Shown in pieces: positions 1-6,299 of a stretch of DNA of 8,846 nt. The notes below the pieces were generated by a model that was given only the letters and a program-made list of their open reading frames with translations, did not search any database and was not told where the DNA came from. The DNA is from Nanobdellota archaeon. Lineage in GTDB: Archaea; Nanobdellota; Nanobdellia; Nanobdellales; Nanobdellaceae. A program made the translations under genes and the position numbers. The DNA is taken from contig JAIXNB010000037.1 of the NCBI GenBank assembly GCA_020697515.1, positions 1 to 8,846 on the forward strand, in the 5' to 3' direction. Each line of letters opens with the position of its first letter. Positions within the stretch are counted from its first letter, which is position 1.

Positions 1-2
1 GT

Positions 3-401
3 CCTGCAGATCCATCATCTATCAAAATTATTATTAATAAAAATGAGTTGGCGATTCCCAGTTGTAGTAGCTATAAGCATAACACGCCTCTAGTACTTAC
101 CCCATATTTAAAAACAGGTAGGAACATTATACTAGTAGATAGCGATCATAAGGTAGTTTTGAGAGATATGGAAATAGAGATAGAAGAACCCAAAATCTTT
201 CATATGTTTAAACGACCGAGAAATGGAATACTATATCTGTTTGTGATAAAAGGAAGAGGTATTCTGAGAATAAACAATTGTACTTATGAAATTACACCAC
301 AAACCGCAGTATTAAACATAAAACGATGTATAATGGATAATAACTTACTGATACTGGAAGCAAACCCATATATAGAGATATCAAAAATTGTTATAACATG
401 A
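3..401 (+). CDS. C-terminal part (or whole, if TTG-48 is the start) of an uncharacterised beta-rich protein; first gene of the putative surface-protein cluster
   Basis: The frame is open from the left window edge (..PADPSSIKIIINKNELAIPSC..), with no ATG or GTG before the TTG at 48, so the gene probably starts upstream of the window. The stop overlaps the next start as ATGA (398-401). The C-terminus ...EISKIVIT carries the KIV[IT] motif also found at the ends of the two lipoproteins. No known family recognised. Confidence 0.45.
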   Translation, partial: PADPSSIKIIINKNELAIPSCSSYKHNTPLVLTPYLKTGRNIILVDSDHKVVLRDMEIEIEEPKIFHMFKRPRNGILYLFVIKGRGILRINNCTYEITPQTAVLNIKRCIMDNNLLILEANPYIEISKIVIT

Positions 402-475
402 AAGGGGAGAGCACAGTTGGTATAATTGTATTAATTATTTTTCTAGTGTCTATAGGGTACATTGCAATAAATTTC
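398..475 (+). other. Candidate class III (prepilin-type) signal peptide or signal-anchor segment
   Basis: MKG-ESTV followed by a hydrophobic helix fits the [KR]-[GA] / small-hydrophobic pattern cleaved by archaeal prepilin peptidases. An uncleaved type II anchor is an equally possible reading. Confidence 0.4.
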
Positions 476-1723
476 AAAGAAGTTATTGAAGAGTATATTA
501 GAGGAGCGTCTGGGAAGGTTGTTACTGAGCCTGTTGAGGCTACTGCTAGATCTATAAGGGAAATGTACACATCATTGCAAAAAACTATGGACCTAGTAAC
601 GAATCCTTGGAAGTATATGTATGAAATAGAGGAAGCTAAGCCATCCGAAGAAGTTATAAGAGAACAATATGGGATCTCTATTAGTTATTTATCACCATTA
701 TCTCATGCTATATTTAAATGCAAGAATAAAAATTGTAGTGATATTATAATCCCTGATGTGTATCTGGTTTCCTACATTAGATACAATTTTCCCGAATGGA
801 AAAGAATTAGATTTTCTTGCAATGTAAGTACAACCTATGATGAATGCTTTTCTGTACGTCACTGTAATATCTCAAAAAAGGAGATTAAAGGAGTGAAAGG
901 AATATTAGCACAACAAATAAAGGTTACTCTAGAGTTTAACAAAAATATACCAATATGTCATGATTGTTCTATAACCACTAATCCAAAAGAATGTATAAAT
1001 GAACCAGTTAGATTTAAAGATTACGGGTTTAGAGCAGAGGTAACATTAAAAGCTAATTTTAATGTGGAAGCGAATACAACTTTCAGATCCCTAGTAACCA
1101 CTGATACAGTACTATCAGAGGCTATAAGTAGAAAGAAATCTATTTACAACGTACTAAATATAGACAGTACGAAATATGATGTAGCATATTATACAGGGCT
1201 TTTGGATTTCCCCCATGTAAGTATATCTAGATTAGGTAGAAATTACAATTATCCAATAATATTATTCGGGGAAAATACAGAATCTTATGATGTGTTACTG
1301 TTTGGAATCCGGGAATTAGATAATATAAAGTCTATAAACAATCTCAAGGTATATATATTTACATCTAAGGGCATTGACTTAAACTACTTAAATTTAGAAA
1401 ATGGAAAATGTGAAAATAATTATAGGCACGAATTTAAAATTGATGATTCTAAAACCTTATTTTCAATAAACTGCAGAGAACAAAGTAGCAATCTCGAGGG
1501 TGAGAAGCATTATTGTGATATTAAAATAACCAAAAAGTTTGTAGATAATTATAGAAGAAGGGATGGAGATCCATTGAAATTTATAATACCTATATGTCTG
1601 AGAAAAAAAGAAACATTTATTGGAGATTATGGAGAGTTATTGGTACGAGCATATATTAATTATACCTATGAAGTATCTGCGAGTTCGGAAATACCCTATA
1701 CTCCCTTTTATACAGAGATTTAA
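398..1723 (+). CDS. Cys-rich exported protein (441 aa) with a pilin-like class III signal peptide or N-terminal signal anchor; function unknown
   Basis: Long ORF coupled to the upstream ORF by an ATGA overlap. The N-terminus MKG/ESTVGIIVLIIFLVSIGYIAINF has a short charged leader (K at -2, G at -1) followed by about 22 hydrophobic residues. The rest is hydrophilic and beta-rich, with 12 Cys and 5 N-X-S/T sequons (NCS, NVS, NIS, NTT, NYT). The IPIC motif occurs at aa 184 and aa 397. Confidence 0.7.
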   Translation: MKGESTVGIIVLIIFLVSIGYIAINFKEVIEEYIRGASGKVVTEPVEATARSIREMYTSLQKTMDLVTNPWKYMYEIEEAKPSEEVIREQYGISISYLSPLSHAIFKCKNKNCSDIIIPDVYLVSYIRYNFPEWKRIRFSCNVSTTYDECFSVRHCNISKKEIKGVKGILAQQIKVTLEFNKNIPICHDCSITTNPKECINEPVRFKDYGFRAEVTLKANFNVEANTTFRSLVTTDTVLSEAISRKKSIYNVLNIDSTKYDVAYYTGLLDFPHVSISRLGRNYNYPIILFGENTESYDVLLFGIRELDNIKSINNLKVYIFTSKGIDLNYLNLENGKCENNYRHEFKIDDSKTLFSINCREQSSNLEGEKHYCDIKITKKFVDNYRRRDGDPLKFIIPICLRKKETFIGDYGELLVRAYINYTYEVSASSEIPYTPFYTEI

Positions 1724-1752
1724 TTTTTATTTTACAATTAGTTAAGTTTTAG

Positions 1753-1763
1753 ATTTATATTTA
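1753..1763 (+). promoter_or_regulatory. TATA-like box upstream of the first lipoprotein gene (implies a leaderless or near-leaderless mRNA)
   Basis: ATTTATATTTA is centred about 26 nt upstream of ATG 1784. It is preceded by oligo-T tracts (1724-1728, 1730-1733) just after the stop of the 441-aa gene, which could act as an archaeal terminator. Such AT-rich matches are common in this genome. Confidence 0.35.
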
Positions 1764-1783
1764 TGAACATAGTTAGATAAGTA

Positions 1784-1843
1784 ATGGATAGAAGAATAAT
1801 AGGATTTGCATTTATATTTCCATTGATACTATTGGCAGGATGT
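1784..1843 (+). other. Signal peptide with lipobox (LLAG/C)
   Basis: Matches the classical lipobox [LVI][ASTVI][GAS]C directly after a hydrophobic core. The DNA GCAGGATGTACTAATA (1835-1850) differs at only one position from the equivalent site of the next gene (2876-2891). Confidence 0.6.
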
Positions 1844-2824
1844 ACTAATACTCAGACAAAGTCATCATCAATGTTAATGTCTTCTTTTAGATGTACACTA
1901 CCATCACAGCCAGGAGTAATAGATGTAGAAGTTACTGGTTTTCCTTCAGAGATTATTGCATCAACATCGGATAAGGAGGGGTCTCCGGTAGTGTTTTCTA
2001 TCGAATTCAAGAATACTATTACAGGAGTTGATTATCCTGAGGATAGGATAAATATAAAATATACATTTATCCCAAATATTGGAAAAAAATATACTAAAGA
2101 TGTACAAATAGATTTGGCATATTATGATCCAACTTCCAATCAAATAACACCAAGTACAATTTATGAACAAGTAGAAACAAAAATTCCGGCTGGAATGTCT
2201 GAAATGGGCGTATACAGAGGTGTACTTAGGTGGGAATTTATAGGAAAAACAAAAGTTTATATACCTATATGTATTGGTTATGATCCTAAAATAACTAAAG
2301 TCTCTCCAGAAGTAATGGTTTGTGATCCAACTAGTTTGCCAGAACCATGTTACAGCGCATCACCTGTTATAGTTAATATAGAAAGTGTAAAATCTATAGG
2401 AGCCCCGAGAAGAGGAGGATCCGGGATAAGAGGGTACTATAAAATAAGGTTCTCTTTAGAAGACATATATGGTGGACTTGATGGTTGTAATGGAGATTAT
2501 TTATCAAATACAAAGAGAATTAAGGTGGATAAAATCGAGCTAAAAGTAGACGATTTATCTATAGAGGAGGGAGGTGATATATTCAGGTGTTATCCATTAG
2601 AGAAAAAAGATGGTAAGAGTTATATATACCTAAGACCTTCAAACGAGATAGTATGCTATGTTTATTTAGACAAGCTAGCTGATAAATGTAAACAAAATAA
2701 TAATTGTTATTTGGATGAGAACTCATTGAAACTCGGAAAATCTGCTATGATATCCATAAAATTAGAGTATGATTATTGTAGGAGTATGTCGCTTGGTCCT
2801 GCTAAAATAGTTACTTTACCTTAA
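1784..2824 (+). CDS. Putative lipoprotein (346 aa), Cys-rich extracellular domain, unknown family
   Basis: The N-terminus MDRRIIGFAFIFPLILLAGC has a positive n-region, a hydrophobic h-region and lipobox L-A-G-C (Cys20, nt 1841-1843), followed by a Ser/Thr-rich tether (TNTQTKSSS). The mature part has 10 Cys. IPIC occurs at aa 160. The C-terminal module is MISIKLEYDYCRSMSLGPAKIVTLP. Confidence 0.75.
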   Translation: MDRRIIGFAFIFPLILLAGCTNTQTKSSSMLMSSFRCTLPSQPGVIDVEVTGFPSEIIASTSDKEGSPVVFSIEFKNTITGVDYPEDRINIKYTFIPNIGKKYTKDVQIDLAYYDPTSNQITPSTIYEQVETKIPAGMSEMGVYRGVLRWEFIGKTKVYIPICIGYDPKITKVSPEVMVCDPTSLPEPCYSASPVIVNIESVKSIGAPRRGGSGIRGYYKIRFSLEDIYGGLDGCNGDYLSNTKRIKVDKIELKVDDLSIEEGGDIFRCYPLEKKDGKSYIYLRPSNEIVCYVYLDKLADKCKQNNNCYLDENSLKLGKSAMISIKLEYDYCRSMSLGPAKIVTLP

Positions 2825-2830
2825 TAAGTT

Positions 2831-2884
2831 GTGAGGTGTATATATTTTTTATTTTTGCTCCCCATTCTATTATTAGCAGGATGT
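2831..2884 (+). other. Signal peptide with lipobox (LLAG/C)
   Basis: LLLAGCTN is identical in its last six residues to the LLAGCTN of the upstream gene. Confidence 0.55.
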
Positions 2885-3721
2885 ACAAATATTCCTAATG
2901 AACCTAAACCTAAAACAAAACCTAAGGAACTTCTTATAACACCGATATATGAAATATGGCCGGATAAAATTACTGAGACTTACGCTAAAAGCTCAGGATT
3001 TTATTTCACATTTAAAGTATATAACCCGTATAATAAAACTAATTTTACTGCTTGTTTAGACTCTTTTGTTGGAAGAGAATGGAGTGTCATTGGAAAGAGA
3101 TGTATAAATGAAGAACTTGCTAAGGATACCTATAAGATATTTAGTTTACCAGTAGGTGGAAGAATAAAATTAGTATTGGGTTTAGAAAGCAAGCAAAAAT
3201 ACGAGGATGTTAGAGTAAATATATGTTATAATGCTACTCAAATCTTTATTTTAACAGGATGCGTACCGAAAAATATAGGAGAAGGTCATAATCAAGCATC
3301 CATCTGCAAATACAAGATTATCGAATCTCTAAGGGGGCCAATTAAGGTATATAGTGCTGTTATGTCCTCCAATAGAACACATTACATCTTAAGCTTTAGA
3401 CTAAAATATTTTCCTGATAACCGAACATATATATCTAGCGACTCTACGATTCTTTCAAGTAAATGTTATTTATCTTATGTGATAAAAAGTGGTGGAATAG
3501 TTGAAATACCTATAAATATTAGCTATATAACAAATACTTTGTATTTTAAATACACCAAAGTTAATGTAAGTAGTGTAGGGGAAGATATAGGAGTTACTAT
3601 AATTTTTGATAAAAATAAAGCAGGTTTGACACCGAGGGATATTATTTCTATTAAGTTAAAATTAAGTTATATTATTTTTAAACAAATGAATTTTGGAAAA
3701 ATTGTTATAGAACACTCTTAG
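2831..3721 (+). CDS. Putative lipoprotein (296 aa), paralog of the preceding gene at its signal peptide and C-terminus
   Basis: GTG is the only possible start after the in-frame stop at 2825-2827, 6 nt past the preceding stop codon. The N-terminus is MRCIYFLFLLPILLLAGC (lipobox Cys18, nt 2882-2884), followed by a Pro/Lys-rich tether (NEPKPKTKPKE). The mature part has 6 Cys and 7 N-X-S/T sequons. The C-terminal IISIKLKLSYIIFKQMNFGKIVIEHS aligns with the 346-aa protein with identical spacing. Confidence 0.7.
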   Translation: MRCIYFLFLLPILLLAGCTNIPNEPKPKTKPKELLITPIYEIWPDKITETYAKSSGFYFTFKVYNPYNKTNFTACLDSFVGREWSVIGKRCINEELAKDTYKIFSLPVGGRIKLVLGLESKQKYEDVRVNICYNATQIFILTGCVPKNIGEGHNQASICKYKIIESLRGPIKVYSAVMSSNRTHYILSFRLKYFPDNRTYISSDSTILSSKCYLSYVIKSGGIVEIPINISYITNTLYFKYTKVNVSSVGEDIGVTIIFDKNKAGLTPRDIISIKLKLSYIIFKQMNFGKIVIEHS

Positions 3722-3723
3722 AG

Positions 3724-3730
3724 TTTTTAA
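3724..3730 (+). promoter_or_regulatory. TATA-like box upstream of aIF2-alpha
   Basis: TTTTTAA is centred about 27 nt upstream of ATG 3754, within a 32-nt intergenic spacer and with no Shine-Dalgarno-like GGTGA/GGAGG between them. Weak evidence in AT-rich DNA. Confidence 0.3.
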
Positions 3731-3753
3731 CCTTTTATTTTTGAAAATTAAAA

Positions 3754-4524
3754 ATGTACAAGAGAAAAGATTTCCCATGTAAAGGAGATCTTGTGCTTGG
3801 CACCGTAAAAGAAATATCTAACATAATGGTAAAGGTTGAGCTAGATGAATATGAGGATGCATATGGTATAATTCCTATAGATGAGATTTCACATAAAAGG
3901 ATAAAGAATGTTAGAGAAGTTGTAGATATTGGAAAGAAGATTGTATGTTTAGTTATGGATTCTGATCCCGCAAATCGTTTAGCAACTTTATCGTTAAAGA
4001 GAGTTTCCGAGGGACAGAAGAAACTGAAGATATATCAATACAAAAGGGAACAAACCGCATATAACTTATTGCTTCTTTTATCTGAACAAGAGAACATCCC
4101 TATAGAAACGTTGCATGAGGAAATAGTTTATAAGATACTATCCAAAGGTAGACTTTTATACCAAGTTTGGGAAGAAGCTTATATAGAAGGAGAAGCAATT
4201 CTAGAAAAATATGGAATACCTAAGAAATACGTTAATTCTCTATATAGAATAATAAAAGAGCATTTTAATGTACCAAAATATGTAAGAAAGGGATATATAG
4301 AAATGTATACATTAGCTTCGGATGGTATAGATAGATTAAAGAAAGTTCTGTTAGAATTAAAGAATATCGGTTTGGAGGTAAAGTACGCTGGGGCGCCAAG
4401 ATATTATTTTAAGTTGGAACATTATAATCCCAAAGAGTTAGATAAAACATATAGGAAGATGGAGGAAGTTGTAAGATCTATGGCCGAACATTTAGAGATA
4501 GAATATGAAATAGTAGAGGAATGA
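3754..4524 (+). CDS. eif2a: Translation initiation factor aIF-2 alpha subunit
   Basis: The N-terminal S1/OB domain (GDLVLGTVKEI...VKVELDEY..AYGIIPIDEIS.KRIKNVREVVDIGKKIVCLVMDSDP....TLSLKRV) closely follows the aIF2-alpha/eIF2-alpha pattern. The length of 256 aa is typical, and the gene is followed by nop10, as is common in archaea. Confidence 0.93.
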   Translation: MYKRKDFPCKGDLVLGTVKEISNIMVKVELDEYEDAYGIIPIDEISHKRIKNVREVVDIGKKIVCLVMDSDPANRLATLSLKRVSEGQKKLKIYQYKREQTAYNLLLLLSEQENIPIETLHEEIVYKILSKGRLLYQVWEEAYIEGEAILEKYGIPKKYVNSLYRIIKEHFNVPKYVRKGYIEMYTLASDGIDRLKKVLLELKNIGLEVKYAGAPRYYFKLEHYNPKELDKTYRKMEEVVRSMAEHLEIEYEIVEE

Positions 4525-4697
4525 AAGAAATAAGGAAGTGTCCTAAATGTAGAATATATACCTTTAGAGAGATATGTCCCCGATGTAACAACAAAACTAA
4601 TAGAGCAATTCCTCCCAAATTCTCTCCAGAAGATCCTTGGGGGAAGTATCGTAGAAAGATGAAAAGAAAGCTTTTAGAAAAAAAAGGTTGGTTATAA
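4521..4697 (+). CDS. nop10: H/ACA RNP component Nop10 (58 aa); absent from the supplied ORF track
   Basis: Manual translation gives MKEIRKCPKCRIYTFREICPRCNNKTNRAIPPKFSPEDPWGKYRRKMKRKLLEKKGWL. It has the CxxC...CxxC zinc ribbon and the PP(K/R)FSPEDP.G.YRR signature of archaeal Nop10. The ATG overlaps the aIF2-alpha stop (ATGA at 4521-4524), and the TAA lies at 4695-4697. Confidence 0.9.
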   Translation: MKEIRKCPKCRIYTFREICPRCNNKTNRAIPPKFSPEDPWGKYRRKMKRKLLEKKGWL

Positions 4698-4701
4698 TTA
4701 G

Positions 4702-5475
4702 ATGCTGGAGGTAATTACTCATAAAGAAATTGAAATATACAAGCCTATTTTGATTTATGGAGTAGGGGGAGGAATGGGTAATGTTGCTAAGTTAGTAGGG
4801 AGAAAGATAATAAAAACATTTAAAGCGAAATTGTATAGTACTTACCTAATAGATGCTTTTCCAGATATAGTATATTCAGATAAAAAAGGAGTCTTAAGAG
4901 TATTAAAATTAGATCTATATTATTTTAATTTCAAAAATAGAGATTTTTTAGTACTCTATGGAGACGTCCAGCCGAACGCGCAACCTTTAGATGTCCCAGC
5001 AAGATTTACATTCTCTAGGGCTTTCTTGAAATTTCTAAAAGAAAATAATTCAAAGTTAATAATCTCTGTTGGAGGATATGGTATAGAGATAGAGCCCGAA
5101 GACCCAAAACTATACTTTGCAGCAAATAACAAAAAAGTATTAAGGAGACTTAAAAAAATTCTAAAGGAAGACTTTAATTTATATACAGAGAATAATATTG
5201 TGGGGCTTTCAGGATTATTAGTATCTCTAGCGAGATTCTACAAAATTCCTGCATTTATAACTTTAGCAGAAACATATCCGACAATTAATATAAATGGATA
5301 TCTTGGTGCTAAAAAGATTATTGAGTCATTAAATAAATTATTTGGTTTTAATATAGAACTAAAGGACTATGAAGAAAAGGGCAAAAAGGTCAGAGAGAGT
5401 ATATTAAAGCATATAAAGTATGCAAAAGGAAGAAAGCCGCCAGAAAAAAGAAAGGATATCTACTATTTTGGGTGA
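4702..5475 (+). CDS. PAC2-family proteasome assembly chaperone-like protein (COG1938-type)
   Basis: Starts 4 nt after the nop10 stop. The N-terminal KPILIYGVGGGMGNVAKLVG pattern and later LISVGGYG / VGLSGLL segments resemble archaeal PAC2/PbaA-PbaB family proteins. The position after aIF2-alpha and nop10 matches the conserved archaeal neighbourhood. Called from memory of the family pattern, not from a search. Confidence 0.7.
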   Translation: MLEVITHKEIEIYKPILIYGVGGGMGNVAKLVGRKIIKTFKAKLYSTYLIDAFPDIVYSDKKGVLRVLKLDLYYFNFKNRDFLVLYGDVQPNAQPLDVPARFTFSRAFLKFLKENNSKLIISVGGYGIEIEPEDPKLYFAANNKKVLRRLKKILKEDFNLYTENNIVGLSGLLVSLARFYKIPAFITLAETYPTININGYLGAKKIIESLNKLFGFNIELKDYEEKGKKVRESILKHIKYAKGRKPPEKRKDIYYFG

Positions 5476-5492
5476 GCCTGATAAATCTTTAT

Positions 5493-5960
5493 TTATTGTT
5501 TCCTTTTAAATTCAGGTTTTGATTTAAATTGTTGGGCTAGCCTTGGTGCAACTTTCTCTAGATGATGCAGTAGCAATTGATTTTTAGCGTTAAGATCATT
5601 AATTACTGTAGTAAGTTGAAGTATCCTAGCTGATATCGCATTTAGCATATTATTCAACTCATCCTTTGTAAACTCTATTTTTTTTATTCCTTCAATTTCT
5701 ATGTGGGATGGGGAGAACATTAATATAAAGTCTAATAGCGATTGAAAATCTTTTGGAGATCCCTCTAATTCCAAAAAGCTAGACCACATTTTAATTTTCT
5801 TACCATTAACCTCTATTTCTCTTTCTATAGGTTCCTCTATTTTATAGTTCGTTATTTCTAAACCCTCAAACTGTTTTATATCTTCTAATAGTTTATTTAA
5901 AAATTGTGTAATAAAATCTTTTGGAGATCCAAGAGCTTCAAAGAAAAATCTCGCCTTCAT
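5493..5960 (-). CDS. Uncharacterised 155-aa protein with an internal duplication and a C-terminal coiled-coil/basic tail
   Basis: The start overlaps the L44e stop (ATGA on the minus strand, 5957-5960). Two copies of beta-strand + GSPKDF + helix are present (FFFEALGSPKDFITQFLNKLL and SFLELEGSPKDFQSLLDFILMF). The C-terminal heptad-like segment is NNMLNAISARILQLTTVINDLNAKNQLLLHHLEK, followed by KSKPEFKRKQ. The protein has no Cys and no recognised family. Confidence 0.6.
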   Translation of the reverse strand: MKARFFFEALGSPKDFITQFLNKLLEDIKQFEGLEITNYKIEEPIEREIEVNGKKIKMWSSFLELEGSPKDFQSLLDFILMFSPSHIEIEGIKKIEFTKDELNNMLNAISARILQLTTVINDLNAKNQLLLHHLEKVAPRLAQQFKSKPEFKRKQ

Positions 5961-6274
5961 TTTCTAATAGCAGATACAAATTCCACTTTCTTATACCTCC
6001 CTTCTATTCTCCACACGTGTTTTCTTCTACATTGCATACATTCAACTCTTAAATCAACACCTTTAGACACCTTAAACACCCCTCTTTTTCTCTGGTTTAG
6101 TGGTCTTTTACTATATTTACCATGATTTCCCTTCCCTTTTTTTCCTTCCCTAGCCTTTCTAGCACCCCATGAAAGTCCTGTTCTCTGCTTGGAAGGCTTA
6201 ACTATTATTACTGTGTGTTCTGTGTGGGTTTTACAGACTGGACAATATTTTTTTACAGTTCTCGGGATTTTCAT
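5957..6274 (-). CDS. rpl44e: Large-subunit ribosomal protein L44e (eL42)
   Basis: MKIPRTVKKYCPVCKTHTEHTV...GKGNHGKYSKRP...ECMQCRRKH shows the split CxxC...CxxC zinc ribbon and the GxxGKxSK core typical of L44e. The length (105 aa) and basic composition also fit. Confidence 0.93.
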   Translation of the reverse strand: MKIPRTVKKYCPVCKTHTEHTVIIVKPSKQRTGLSWGARKAREGKKGKGNHGKYSKRPLNQRKRGVFKVSKGVDLRVECMQCRRKHVWRIEGRYKKVEFVSAIRK

Positions 6275-6299
6275 TCACCAAAATTACATTATAAAGTTT

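Noticed and set aside
48-401. TTG-48 as the true start of a complete 117-aa protein (as in the ORF track)
   Set aside because: Not excluded, but the frame is open all the way to the window edge and TTG is the first possible start of any kind. The AT-rich stretch at 24-43 could be either promoter or Ile/Lys/Asn-rich coding sequence. Treated as probably 5'-truncated.
1961-2170. 69-aa ORF on the minus strand
   Set aside because: It lies entirely antisense to the well-supported lipoprotein CDS. Its Ile/Phe/Cys/Trp-rich low-complexity translation is typical of a shadow ORF in AT-rich DNA.
4678-4685. A8 homopolymer near the end of nop10 as a possible slippery or phase-variable site
   Set aside because: It encodes the Lys-rich tail (EKKG). 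Such runs are expected in a genome of about 30% GC, and no alternative frame gives a meaningful extension.
5904-6125. 73-aa ORF on the plus strand
   Set aside because: It is antisense to the L44e gene and the 5' end of the 155-aa gene. It has no start context or motif. Shadow ORF.
6275-6299. GGTGA Shine-Dalgarno-like sequence and TTTATAAT box upstream of rpl44e (minus strand)
   Set aside because: GGTGA directly abuts the ATG, with no spacer. The TATA-like box is only about 15 nt from the start. Neither geometry is convincing, so the gene may simply be co-transcribed with gins51.
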